From the human T2T-CHM13v2.0 reference genome, Homo sapiens, in the NCBI RefSeq assembly GCF_009914755.1, contig NC_060932.1: 64,000 bases of DNA. One strand, given 5' to 3'. The number at the start of each line of letters is the position of its first letter. Position 1 is the stretch's first letter. The position numbers and the translations under genes were made by a program. Below are positions 14,961 through 28,540 of the stretch, piece by piece. Under the pieces are notes generated by a model. It made no database searches, was not told the DNA's origin, and saw only the letters and a program-made list of their open reading frames with translations.

Positions 14961-16524
14961 ATGTAAGATCCATGACTACATCAGGATGTAACTTTCAGTG
15001 TGCCTTGAAGGATGAGACAGAGGAAATGGGAAGTCATCAGTGGAGTCAAAGATGTCCATAGATGCTAGCGCACCTTCCTGAAATATCATGGTTTTGTGCA
15101 AAACCATGCACACATCAAAAAAAAATTTAATAAAATCTATTTATAAGGAATACTAGGGCCCACCCAGTAGCCACATTTTCCAAACCAGAAATTCATAAAC
15201 ATAATCTAGCAAAATATTTTTTTCTGACTTGCCAATTCATTATATAAAATCTCAGAATAGCATAAAACATTGAAATCACATTTCATTATGTATTTCACTC
15301 ATTGCCTTTATTGGAATGAAAACAAAATTACATAAAATCAGGATTATCTCAGAAAATTCAGGCCATATGGTGGCCATATCTAGGGAACATCCACCTTGTT
15401 TTATTGGAATAAATTATTGTTAAAATGAACATACTGCTAGAAAGGCTGTTACCAGTCTGCAGGTCATAAAGATAAAAAAGCTAAACCAACCTCTCAGTGC
15501 TGAATTGGCAAGTGAAAAGATGCATTCTGCACACAATAGGTATGCAGTGAATATATTTGACTGACAAGAACCCTGCTAGGACTAGCAGTGAGCTATTTAA
15601 GCCCTGCTGTTTCTTGTTGACTTTGCCAGCCTTGGCTGCGGTGTGAGGATTCTGTAACCATTAACAAGAGCCCCAAGCTACATCTCCTCTTCCTCCATTT
15701 CAAAGTTTCGTAAACCATAGTGTCAGGCGCTGGGCTCTCATCAGTGACTGATAGGTACACAGGGTCTGAAGAAAACATTTTTGCTTTGGATTATTTGCTG
15801 AGAATAAAAATTTCATGTGCCTGTGTCAACAGGCTTGTAACTATGGAATTTTTAAATATATTCATTAAACTGTAAAATGATAGTCTTGTATTGAAATCGA
15901 CCTGCTTTTAACCTATGTGTTTTAGGCATCTGGTGTCTAAAAATTCTTCCGTACAACACAAATCAAAGTAGATGAAACCAGTTAACTGAAAATAACAATG
16001 AAAGCGATCAGGTCTTTCAATTTCTGGAAGAGATGAAGAGAAATGAAATAGAGACCACCTTTGAAAATTGAAATTACAAAAGATTTTTAAAATACATTAA
16101 TAAGTGTATGTGCCTATAATCTATATATGTAATATGTAACACCAACCACAAACACAGTTAGTCCCACATATTTCAAACTGACTTCAAGCATTAATCAACA
16201 AAAGGTGGCAAGGGCTTATCCTTCATGAGATAAAGCAGTTTAATTTGGGAGGGAGATAATTATATTTCCAGAAATGGAGTGATGTACCACCGTTCTATAG
16301 AATATCTGCCAAAGAATCAGTGGCATGAATGATCCTTATAAATTTAAGCGTCACCATCATATGATGACAAAATATGATCACATTTTCTCAAATGACCAAA
16401 TTTAACATCTCACATCCTTGCCTGCCCATGAAAAAACTAATGTCCCATGCACCACAACTGTCCTTGGTCGTTTCTCAGTATCTCTCTTCTCCGTCTCCAT
16501 GAAGCTTTTTCTCAGAGGAGTAAC

Positions 16525-16740
16525 TATCATTTGCTAAGCATTTATTATGTGCTGAGCACTGTTCTAGGTTACTTACATACACTTTCTCATTTTGTTCTAA
16601 CAACAGTAAAATAGGTGCTATTTTCAATTGTCTTATAGACAAAGAAACTGAGGATCAAGTCTATAACCTAATAAATGGCAGAGTCAAAACTCCAGCTTAC
16701 TTTTAACCCAGCCTGTCTGATTTCAAAGCCCATGCTCTCA
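16525..16740 (-). mobile_element. MIR SINE relic
   Basis: CATTTGCTAAGCATTTATTATGTGC...ACAAAGAAACTGAGG...TGTCTGATTTCAAAGCCCATGCTCT. Confidence 0.8.
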
Positions 16741-19700
16741 GTTGATCATTAACAATTACCTTGGGATTTCCTAAGAGAATTTTAAAATTATTTCAATAGT
16801 TGCAAGCTATACAATCTGGTTGCATATATCCCAGCTATACAATCTGCTTCTGATATATTTATACTGAAATTCATCTGATAATTCACCTAAATTTAAAGGT
16901 AAAATGCAACAGATAATGTTTGCATGACTTGTGGCTTTTAGAATTGATCAATTATAATTAGATAGAATCTGGCAGTTCAGACTCCAAGAGAACACACTGA
17001 ACTTGTATTTTGCCCATTTTAGTAATGATTCACCAGGCTTTATATTTGATTCCATCTGAAACTCATCAGAACTATATCCAGGATGTTTCTTTTTTCTTTA
17101 TCTGCCAATTTCATTTGATGTTCTCACTTTGTGCTTTTCCTGAGGAAACACTAATGCTTTTGGAAGACGGAGACTATGATGGCAGTCTTCTGAATATAAA
17201 TGTAACAGTATTACTTCAGATTTCTTTTGCATTCTTCTCTATACATTTCCAGTTTTTTCTTCTTTCTCATCTCCTCTTATTTTTTTCTCTCCTCCTTCTC
17301 CCATAAATCTCCCATACCATCTATTCTTCTTGTGGTCCCATTTTTCTATTTATTGTTATGATTAGACACACAGCCATGGTGTGTACGTGTGTGGCTTCTC
17401 ACTAATTTTAAGACATCACGTTTTCACATTTCAGCATTCAAAAGATCAGGTCTGATACAATTAGTAGTGCCTGTGATTTGGTGAAGTACAATATTATTAC
17501 TTTCAGGACAGTGGTATGTTTTCTAATAACTTCAGCACTCTTTTGTTCAATCTCCCTCCCAAACACAAATACACAAATGCATGGTCTCTCTTTAAAAATT
17601 CTCAGACACATTTCTCTGTTTTCTCTTTTCACATTCTGTGCAAAAACATAGAAGAGCTGAGCTCTGTTATTATAGAGGTTTTTTCTCCTACCTTCTAATT
17701 CAATAATTTTTAGGAAATATAAATCAACCCTCCTTTTCAAGTCAAACTCCAAAATGTGTTGTTGATTTCTTTTTAGGCATTTTCAAATATGCTTGCCTCC
17801 CTCTTCAGTCTTCCTCTCCCCCTTCTCCCTCTGGTGTGTGACAAGGTGCTACATACTGTAAGTCTAGGTTGCTGGAGCAGTGCTGTGGGCTCTAGCGTTG
17901 GCATGTGCACTGGATGTACATATTTTATTATTACCTTTCCTCCACAGCCAAGACTGTCAGAGGAAACATGGCATTTTTTACAGCTTTCTGCTAAGTGTCA
18001 GGCTTTGCACTTCAGAAATATTTGATAAGTGAAGCCTAAGTGGCAGGAGCACATCCATGCGAAAGGCAGATACACAATGTAACTTTAACTCTCCTATTAA
18101 CTTTTTCATTTCCCTGCAGAAGTTGTTTCTGTCCATATTTTTACTTCAGCTGGGCTGAGTGGGAGAAAGAACTCAAAGGGAGGTCGAAGCAGATGGTTGT
18201 CACAAACTGCATACGGCAATTGAGAATTAGTGTACAAGCATATGCAACCTGGTACAGTATGAAGCATTCCAGCATATGAGTGCTGAAATAAATCAAGCCT
18301 GGAGAAGATTGGGATGATAAAAAGATGAGCTCTTCCTTCCCTGTTACATGTATATATTTAGGCCTGCTGAATTCATTAGGATATGTTCTCTGTTTTCAGT
18401 AGGCAAGTTAACACCTAAATTGAGCAGATTCGTGTAGACTCTGGTATCTCGCCTTTTTCTCTCATCCACTGTGCTTTCTGAAAAGAAATATTTCTGAAGA
18501 GAGACGCATCTTTTTCATAGAAGGAGGATTGGAGATTATGACGTCAACTTGCTGGACAAGTTTAATCATCGTAATAATTACTAATAGGATATAACAATTT
18601 ACATTTACTCTTCAATTTATTAACAACAACTGTGCACCAGGGGCATAACAGTTCACATACAATTTCCATGCACATTTTTTTACTGCTGGTGACCTTACTG
18701 GTGCCCAATCTGTTGAAAGCAATTCATCCACAGACATGGGCACTTTCAAGTGTTTTTTCAGTAAGAACAGTCCTAAAGAGAAATGGGCACCAACAGTAGT
18801 TAACAGCAAGAAATGCCAAACTCACAGCCTGGAGGTCCTTTCGGTAGGCATCAGGAGATGTAGCTCTGCCACGTTGCCATTTATAATTATAAATAACTCA
18901 TAATAATCTTCATTAGTACTCTTATGAGTCCCAGGAAGGGAGGGGAAATGAGTCGTTCCCTGCATTTATAAAATACAGAGCAGGAGATTTTAATCGTGAT
19001 CACCCCACTTCTCAGGAGAGCAATGGCCATTTCTGCAATCGTGCTTGGTCCCCAGGCCCACGTGTGGCTCTGCCCCATGCATCTAGGGCCAGGGTGGTGC
19101 CGAGAGGGCCATGTGCCTCAGCTTCTGCTGTCCACCCTCTCCCTAAACTCAATCCCTGAGTTTTAAAGAAGCTTCCGTTGTTTCCAACAAAGTCCTTCTT
19201 GCTATTGCCTTTTCGTTTTGTTCACCTCCCCATCTGTCCTTTGTAAGAGGTGGAAGAAAGGTAAGACGTGAAAGAAAGAGAAGAGGGGGAAAGTGATAGG
19301 TATTGGCTCAAGAATAAATATTGAATTCCATATTGGTAGACCAAAACACAAATCAACTCTGAACTACAGGAGTCCACCAACATGCACATAAATCATTTAT
19401 AACGATAATCCAAGACTAGGTCCAAATCTCATTAAAGTATATGAATCCTTAATCTATTTTGGCAAAAAAGTGCCAATACACATTTTTTCTTTTTATCATA
19501 AATTACAGTTCTGTGGCACTGTGCAAATATTACCAAGCTGTAAGACAGCTGTGCTCCATTAAAATGTGTAATGGTCGCTGATTTCTTACAGCACATGGTC
19601 ATCAGGCTGAATCTACAGCCAGTAATTAGGAAGATGAAATGTTTAATTGTGCCTTAATTTTGATAAAATTTATCTGTCACACATCCCGCAGCCAAGCATT

Positions 19701-22700
19701 ATGCTCACAAATCAATGTCATTGGGCCAAGCAGGAACTCGAGCACCAGACTCTTGTCCCTGACAGATTCATTTGAATATGTAACTGCTCATGATAACTAA
19801 CCAGGCTAAGGAAGAAAGTGAAAACTTTCCCTATTGACACAGTTCTGGTGATGTATGTCCTAGTACTTCCCTTAAGAATAAGTCCAGAGGTTCAAAGGTA
19901 ATTCCACTCTTACCTTTTAAATGCTGTGTCTGCCTCCAGCTCTGATTGTGTAAAGAAAGACAACTCTTCAGAATCTGTTTGTTTGATTTTTTAAAGTCTA
20001 TGAGTGCAAGGAGAAAAGACAGATGGAAGGAGAAGGAGAGAGGAGAAAAAAAGTAGAAAGAGAAGAGAATGTAGGAATGCCCCTTTAGTATTATGTCTTC
20101 ATATTCTTATTTAGGGGTAGATCTGTGAAATGGGCAAGAGACATCCCTTTTAGCTAAAAATTCATAGATTCATAGAATGTTAGAGACGAAACTCATCTTG
20201 TTTTATGCAGATGGAAACTGAGGGCCAGAGAGATTGCCCAAGGACTCAGGCATCATCAGAAAGAGTTCAGGTTCTCACTCCGCAGTCACAGTAGGGATAA
20301 CCTACTTCTCACAGAAAATTTCATAATCCTTATAAGCAATATTTACAAATCATAATGTTGAATTCATTTTTCAACTGGCATGAAATATTTTTTAAGCACG
20401 GGGAAGTGTAAGTACAAATACCTGCCAATACTGAAAATTAATTTCTGTCATGTTTTCCCTACAAAATGAATCAGTGAGCATTCTTTCTCACCCACAATAA
20501 CTATGGCTCGTTATCCAAGAGAACTTAACGAGCATATGTCGGAACGTACTTTACATTTTTATTTTACATAGCTCTGGAAATAAAAATAATTGAGGGGGGC
20601 CATAGCAAAGATCCTGGGGAGGGGATGGAAAGCAGGTGAGAAGAAAGGAAGGATGGAAATCAAGATGGACCATCATCTGTGCATGAGAGACAGCCCTACG
20701 CCACTGGAAAATAGTGAGCGTCCATAGGGCAGGTCAGTTTCCCCAGGCGGGCAAGTTAGATTATGAATGTAGTTTTAAAAATTTTAAATTTAATATGCCA
20801 AAATTTTGCCAAAGGACACCAGTAAGTTTTCTAAGGTAACTAATTTCTCACCAGGTGATTAATGAACCAGCTGAAGACTCAGAGTGTGCCAGCTTACTTT
20901 AAAGTAAAATAAGTCTCAAGATCAAGAATAGTTTTAGGATAGTCTTCAAGGAGAGCCAAATGGCATTAAGCTGTAGCCTGCTAACAAGAAGACTCATTAA
21001 AACACTTTTCTAAACATAGCCATGGAAATAAGTCCAAGCTAAAGATATCATACGCCCCAGTCCCTTTTGTACTATTTTCATGGGCAGATATATTCAGGGA
21101 TTGGATAAAAGGGTGGTACTGTATTCTGGTAAGATCGTTGTGTTTTATCCACTGGCACACCACACAGGCTAAACAGAAGCCGGAATAGCTAGAAGGGTGC
21201 AAATGGCATGGAGAGTAATACTAAATAACTAGCATTTGTAAATCTCTTTACAATAAATTGCTTTCACATCCATTGTTTTATTTGGGGTTTTAGAGAGGTT
21301 AAATTTGTCCCAAGATCACGTGATCATCCAAGAAGGATTAAAACCAGTGTGTTTGATACTGGGGATTGAATCACTCATGAGCCATTCTAACCCTCTTCTA
21401 TTGGGCCTCTCTCTTATGCTAAAAATACCACTTTCCAGTCTGATTTGAAGGGAAGATTCTGCATAGAGGTAGGTACTGCCATTCAAATCCACTTACATAA
21501 GACTTTCATTCAGATCGAAGTTGCGTGGAGCGAGAGACAGGGTGCAGTGCATCCATTTAGGGGCCCCATATTGTGACAGAAGCAGTAGGATTTGGAAGCC
21601 AGCAGTCACAGTGTTGACTTTACAATTCATCAAAGTTTTCTAGTTCAGCCGCTTCCTGTTCAGAGGACAGACAGCTTCCTGACTCTGTAGCTCCCGTCCA
21701 TGGCGGGAGCAGCTGCTGTCTTAGTGGTGCCAGGATAGGCAAAGGACTTCCTCTCTTTCTGCTCAGTGAACTGCAGGGAATCCCATGGGCTGCAACAAAT
21801 AACCTCAGTCAATATTACCCACGTCCTGTGATCTCAATCTACTGTTCTTCTCACCACTTCTCACCGCAAGGTGGAGAATAATGCAAATTATTTATCTGGT
21901 TCAGAATTTTGAAAGGCCTAGTAACTTTTGAAAACTATGTTTAAATTACTTTATTGTGGTATAGTGGAGACAGCAATAGAATAATTAGGCAGAAGGACTG
22001 GATTCTAGTCCCATATGTGATTCTTTAATTTGGGGCAAATCACTACCTCTATAGGAGAAAGTGTCCATATCTTAAAAATAACACAAGCATACCTGTAGTA
22101 TGCATGTATCAAAATATCACATGTACCTCATAAATACGTACTATTATTATTATTACCAAAAAATAAAGTAAAATAAAAAATTTAAAACTATACACAGTAA
22201 AATCAGTGATTTCTATGGTCCCTCTCAGTCCCAGTATTCTGAAATTCTACAAGGAAAAAATATATCTACTGGGTCTTTTAGGCTCTTAGAGATGCCCATT
22301 TCTCAAATTAACTGGACTTTCTATTTGCTTTTGAAGTTGTAGTTCCATTAACAAAAATTCTCAATCTCTGTATTAAAAAAATAAAAAAATTAATGTCAGA
22401 ATCCAGGTCCTAACCTGTTAGAGCTGGGCCTCAGAAAGCACCATCAGCTCAAGTCCTCACTTTTGCAAATTAGGAAGCTGGAAGTCAGCAGAAGCAAAGT
22501 CATGCTGGGAGTGTGTGGCCCTGCTTGTATAAGCCATGCATCCATTTTGCCAGGGCATTCACTTTAGAGTAATGAAGTGATCGAGATGCTGGGGACCCTT
22601 GGCAGGAAGTGTGGAATTTGGATAGTATATCCTGCTGTCAGCCTCTATTTTCCATGGTTGGCAGGTTCCACTATAAACCTGAAGTTTGGTTAATAAGTAT

Positions 22701-22907
22701 TATTTATACACAGTTGAAATGGATGTTCATGTATCATTGTTGCATAGTTTCTCAATTGACCCAGGAAATGTGATTAGCAGTAAAAATAAATAAATAAAAA
22801 GACCAATATTACCTTCAGGAAAAAAAGTAAGAACTTAGTAATTTTTGACTGTTGATGGTCATTGATTTTTCAAGATGGAAATGATTGATTTACAAATTGA
22901 TAGTTGA

Positions 22908-23003
22908 CACTTGAGCCCAGCAGGTCAAGACTAAAGTAAGCCATGTTAATGCCACTGCACTCCAGCCCGGGTGAAGAAGCAAGACCTGTTTTGAAAAAAA
23001 AAA
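22908..23003 (+). mobile_element. 5'-truncated AluJ 3' fragment
   Basis: CACTTGAGCCCAG...CCACTGCACTCCAGCC...poly(A). 14-bp TSD AAATTGATAGTTGA at 22894-22907 and 23004-23017. Confidence 0.92.
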
Positions 23004-23744
23004 AAATTGATAGTTGAAAGGCAGACATTTTTTCAAGATTTCTACTTTAACTATAAAATTCTACCTTCTACAAAACTGCCTGAGGAAAATAATTTTCATC
23101 CCAACTCAAACCTGTATTTTTTTTCAGATATCCGAAATGACATGTACTTCATGCAGAGTAACTGACTTCTTAATCTTTAAGTGACTTTACATTTTATATA
23201 TATATATAATGTAAATATATATAATGTGTGTATATGCAGTTTTTATGGTGAAATCAATCAGTACATTCAGAATTCTTATTTTACATTGTTAAAATAAATA
23301 CAAATAAATGATAAAACACATGTATAGGTTCAACTACCAAAGCATTAAACAATAGTATTCTTACTGGAAGTATAATTTTATTTAGGTATTGTGGTAACAG
23401 ATATAACTCCAGTACCCTTATGTAAAAATGGCTGTTTCATCAGAGTTCTTATGTAGAACCTAATATCATTTCACAGGGATAGTGACACATATTTGTTTCA
23501 TCTTGACTGGTCCATTTGTCCAGAATGACAAATTCATGTGCCAATGTATGATCTTATCCATATGATCCCACCCCCAAATATATAAAATATTTTGCATATG
23601 AACACTTTTATAATATCATTATGGATAAATAAAAAAGCTTTAGTCATTTTCTTAGGATACCTCAGACTCTACTTAATGTGCATGAGCCAAAAATTGCAAT
23701 AGTAGGAAGTTAGTGACATAAGTCAACTCACTAGTAAGTGATAC

Positions 23745-24130
23745 TTCATTCATTCATTCAGGACATAATCATTGAACAAGCCTTTACTTATTCACAAACA
23801 ATCTGAAGAGCACAATCCCTACCTTTATGGAGCACACAACTTAAAGGAGGAGAGAGACCAATAAATACGTAGTCACAATCCAGGATGATGAGTGATGTGA
23901 TAGCTCAGGGCTGGTGTGTTGAGATCATATAAGAGGGTCTCACTGGGGTTTCCTGGTGGAATCAGAAGCAGTGAGTCCCAAGCTGAGTTCTGAAGGCTAA
24001 TTGCTCTCAGTAAAGAAGAGAATTGAAAAAGCTTTTCAGAAAACAGGAGTCAGCCTATAAAAAAGTACTGATGGACACTTTAGAGGGTGTGACATATTTG
24101 GAACAGTGCATTAGTCCAGGCAGGAATCTG
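23745..24130 (-). mobile_element. L2 LINE 3' end relic
   Basis: TTCATTCATTCATTCA tail in antisense, then CCCTACCTTTATGGAGCACACA and CAAGCTGAGTTCTGAAGG. Confidence 0.7.
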
Positions 24131-24510
24131 AAATTGAGTAAACATATGTTTTCTGTAACCACTCCTGAATAAAAAGGTAATAGGAGGGGAAAAGTGTCAG
24201 AACAGGAAGAAATAAAGTCAATTTCCACTGTTGTCTTTTGGAGAGTGAGGAGCCCACTGACCAAACTTCCTTTCTAACCCATTGACCTTCCAATCTTTCA
24301 CAGCCACCAAGAACAGATTTAGGACATCTTGGAAATGACAACTTGAGACAATTTTGTATTTTATATGGGAATATAATTTGTCATGTTCTTATATCAAAAT
24401 TATTTAATTCTTTAAAAGACAAAGTAGTGAATAGCATCAATAAAAAATAAATCCTTTAATGCACATCGTAAAATGTTTTTATTAGTTTTAAATTGAATTA
24501 ATAGAGGAGG

Positions 24511-25121
24511 GTATGGTAGACTGGATAATGACATTACAAAAATATCAGCTCCAAATCCCTGGAACCTGTGAATGTTACCTTATATGGCAAAAAGGACCTT
24601 ACAGATGTATTTAAGGATCTTGAGATGGTGAGATTATCCTAGATATCTGAGTATAACACACATAATCTGGATACTATAATCACAAGTTTCCTTAAAAGAG
24701 GAGGCAGAGGGAAATTTGACTGCAGAAGGCAGTGAGACAGGAGAAGTAAAATGCTTTGAAGATGCATGAAGAAGACCATGAGCCAGCGTCTAGAAGCTGG
24801 AAGAGGCAAGGGGCACTTTCTCCCCTTGAGACACTAGAAGAACCAGCCCTGCTGATACCTTGCCTTTAGCTCAGTGAAACTGACTTTGGATTTCTGCCCT
24901 CCAGAACTGTAATAGAATAAATTTGTGTTAAGTAACTAAATTTGTGCTATTTTTTTTAAGTTCCAGGGTACATGTGCAGGATGTGCAGGTTTGTTACATA
25001 GGTAAACGTGTGCCATGGTGGTCTGCTGCACCTATCAACCCATCACCTAGGTATTAAGCCCAGTATGCATTAGCTCTTTTCCCTAATGCATTTTTTTACA
25101 GTGGCAACAGAAAACTAATAT
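24511..25121 (+). mobile_element. MLT1 (C/D-like) LTR interrupted near its 3' end by an L1 fragment
   Basis: AATCCCTGGAACCTGTGAATGTTACCTTATATGGCAAAAAGGAC...CCAGAACTGTAATAGAATAAATTTGTG, resuming as TTACAGTGGCAACAGAAAACTAATATA. Confidence 0.88.
24949..25090 (-). mobile_element. L1PA (PA7/8-like) extreme 3' end
   Basis: AAGTTCCAGGGTACATGTGCAGGATGTGCAGGTTTGTTACATAGGTAAACGTGTGCCATGGTGG. Confidence 0.93.
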
Positions 25122-27165
25122 AAAGAGCAAATAAATATTTTTATAAAATTTCCAAACATTAGAACTGACAGTCATGTATTGTAGGAAAATTACTATTCCT
25201 AGGCTGGGATTCTTAAAGTATATTCTATGATTAAAATTGTAACCAGGCACTGTATTTTTTTTACTAAAATTAATTAACAAAATGTTTAAGTTTGTGGAAA
25301 AGCATACCAAATCAGTGCACAAAGTTCCAAAAAGAAGACAGAGAACCAGGAATGGGAAAATTAAATACTGTAATTTATTCAACAAACTTGTCTCATTCAC
25401 TAAATCTGTTGAAACATTACATTAAAACCTAGCAATAAGGTATTGTTTAAATATTTATAATCACTTGCCTTGTAAGAAGATTCCTTTAAAGTGATTTATT
25501 CAATGAACATTTATTGAGTTAGTCTTTGGGGATAAAGCAGTGATCTAAACACATTCTTGAACTTCTTCAAAGTGTTTGTGTTCTAGACAACTAGATTAAA
25601 AAATCAATCAATTTCAACAAAGTTATGAATGCTATGTAGAGGTATATAAAGTGAGTATAAAAGAGAAACACAGAAGAGTGGCATATTTATATTATACCTA
25701 GATTTTCAAATATTTAATTCCATATTACAATGGAAAATTTTGATGCTGGAGAAATGACCCATCCAGAATATTTTTAATAAAATAATTTAACCAATGACAT
25801 AAAATATGGTATAAAATATTACACGAATTAATCTAAAGTCATAAACTAGTACTAAATATATTAATCAGCAAATATTTGTTGATTGGAGGATTAACAAAGG
25901 ACTTTTCACATTCTTGAATAGTCTTGATATCCTCCAGTTGTCATTTTCTCTATCCACTTAATTGATGAAAAGTAATAATATCTTGAAGAAAAGTTCTAAA
26001 TGAGGTTTTCTGTAAATTACCAACATAAGAGATTTATCAATCTACCCGGGGCAGTAAAACAACTAGTAGCCGAGTGAATATGGATACTTAATGGTCACCA
26101 GATGACATCAGTGCTGCTGCACTTGTATAGAAGTAAAGTGTGATACAATAATGACAAGTTTTTGAACACCTACAGCCGATAATCTAGAGTTAAAGACAAA
26201 ATAGACTTAACAAACACATAAAGGTAGAAGAGATGAGTGAAAGAGTCATTTAAAAGAAAACAAAATAGAAACAAATCAATTTTTATTTCTGAACCCATGG
26301 ATATATTCTCAAACATAGCAACATCTGAAGAAAATCTAAGTAAGTCCCCATTCCAAGAGTCCTCCTGATTGTTACCTTTAGTGAGGTTTTGTTATTACAA
26401 ATGCACTTTCAAAATTCACAGTCTCAATTAACGAATTCTGTTCATACAACAATGCCTATTTCTCTTTATATTCTTGGAAATGACTTAGCAAGTGAAAAAT
26501 GGCTTAAAATTCACACAGGAAAGATGATATTGGAACTTTCCAGCCCTGTCTCCTGCCCAGCTTTTGGATCTTGTTATGTAATGCAATGTCAGGCAGACAT
26601 TGAAGTGTTCTGTAGGTGCTTGTGCCATGGTTGATATGTTTTAGGTGAGGAAGACTAGAGGCTGAACAATAATGATGCCTTTCCTGCAAAATGAAATTTT
26701 AAACTCAATTCTCCTCTCTTCTTACACAGCAAATAGCACTAAGTCAAGTTGTTTAGTTAGGCAATGTTACATTTAAGTAGTGCCTAAGGATAATTCTTCT
26801 GGTGCTGTGTTACTTATTGTCCAGAAGTCCTGCTTTCTACTAGTCAGTGGGTTCTGGAGCTGGTTGAGCCATGCGGCTGTGGCACTGGAGCAAAGAACCC
26901 CAGCCCAAGCAAGGGCAGGACTGGCCATCATGAGGCACCCAGCTGAGTCCCTACCTATATCAAAGGCACAACCAGAGAACCTCCTTCGTTCAACATGTTT
27001 TCTAGCTCAACATTTGAGTTTACTTTTTTGACCTTTATATTTGAAGTTTGAAAGAAAATTTGTATAGGACAAACTTCTGCTCCAAGAAAGAAACATTGTT
27101 GTCAGAATCAAAGATCACTAGCTCTCACTGTCATGTAACCCTAGATACAAAATGTAATTGCCGTG

Positions 27166-27258
27166 ACAATTGGAGGCTCTGAAGGGTCAAATACTTGTCA
27201 TATATATGGTCAATACTCTGAAGGGTCAAGTATTTGGCCCTTCAGAGCCTCCAATTGT
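27166..27258. repeat. Inverted repeat with 32-bp arms and a 29-nt spacer
   Basis: 27166-27197 ACAATTGGAGGCTCTGAAGGGTCAAATACTTG is the reverse complement of 27227-27258 with one mismatch. Confidence 0.95.
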
Positions 27259-28412
27259 AGTATTTGAACAGAGGTTTTAAAGAGTCACAGGTTTTATACA
27301 AAAGCCCTGTGAGATCTGAGAATCTGTGTTATAAATACACTGCAATGTAGAACACCATTTTGTTTTAAATTACAATCTAGTTACTAATAAAATTATACAC
27401 ACTTCATCTTATATCCACAGAATGTGCTTTAATGTCTCTGTACATAACTTTCTTCACGATTCATGTGGGACTACATGCAAAGCATTCAGGAACCCCAATG
27501 CCAATGAAGAGCAGAGAAAGGAAAGCAAGTTATACTGGGTTGTATTTTTATTATTGAGAGAACTAAGAGAGTAGTAAATGGAAGAAAAACAGATCAGCAC
27601 TCAAAAGAAAGCCCATGAAATGATAATAACTTAACATAGTCACCCATGACCCAGTGTCTAGTCTTCAGCTCTAGCAGTTCTCAAATACAGTTTTGTCAAA
27701 ATACCTAAAGTCAATCAGTTTCCTAGGACTCATGTATATTCAACAAACTCATGTATAGGGACATCTATATGCATCAGAACACCAATTTATAAATGTCAAG
27801 TAGAAGAAGTACTCTTCTATTGGCTGTAAAATTTGCCTTCTTTAGAATACTTATTTTTCCTCTTTCAACACTGTTGAGAGATTGATTTCATAAGCAGAAA
27901 GCTTATTGTATAACTGGAATGGAGTAAAAGAAGTCTCCTAATCATCAGGATTTATTTCTTCAAGGCCATGGTAAACCCTGATGAACTGTCTCTGATCTTC
28001 AATACAATGATCATATATTCTTGTTTTCAAGATTCAGGGCCTTTCTCCTTCTGATAATGCTGGATAAACAGACAAATTCCTGTTCATTATATTTTCTTTT
28101 TGTTCTAGATACCTTGTAGATTATCCTTTTCTCTCTTCTGCAGTGCATAATTTCTTTTGTTTCATTTTACAAATAATTGAATTTTCCTAGGACCAGTCAT
28201 CCTCATGAACCTATTGACGAGTAACATCTATGTGCATTTCTGCTCTAAATGACTTTTGGGTTCATTATCACTAGTCATTCTCTAAGGTAATTTTATCTTC
28301 AAATTATCAGGAAAACTTATTTCACTCACGTACACTGACTACATGGAGAAAAAAGGCAGGGAGCCTCAACTTGCCCATTAAGGTGAATCATCACATGGCA
28401 TGATAGGCAAGC

Positions 28413-28540
28413 TACCAAGGAGAAATTGGACTACTACTCCACAATGGACATAAGGAAGAATAAATCTGGAATACAGGAGATCCCTTAGAGCATCTGTTAG
28501 CATTACTATGCTCTGTAATTAAAGTCAATGAAAAACTACA
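28413..28540 (+). mobile_element. ERV-L (HERV-L-type) internal fragment, dUTPase region, with a stop codon
   Basis: Translates YQGEIGLLLHNGHKEE*IWNTGDPLEHLLALLCSVIKVNEKL, matching the dUTPase motif-3 region (DYQGEI) of ERV-L elements. Confidence 0.8.

Noticed and set aside
16805-16846. 14-bp direct repeat AGCTATACAATCTG (also a 12-bp tandem at about 43165-43189)
   Set aside because: These are ordinary micro-duplications with no further structure.
23118-23165. Possible 30-nt micro-exon (TTTTTTTCAG|ATATCCGAAATG...GCAGA|GTAACT)
   Set aside because: The donor is weak, the segment is too short to assess, and such motifs arise often by chance.
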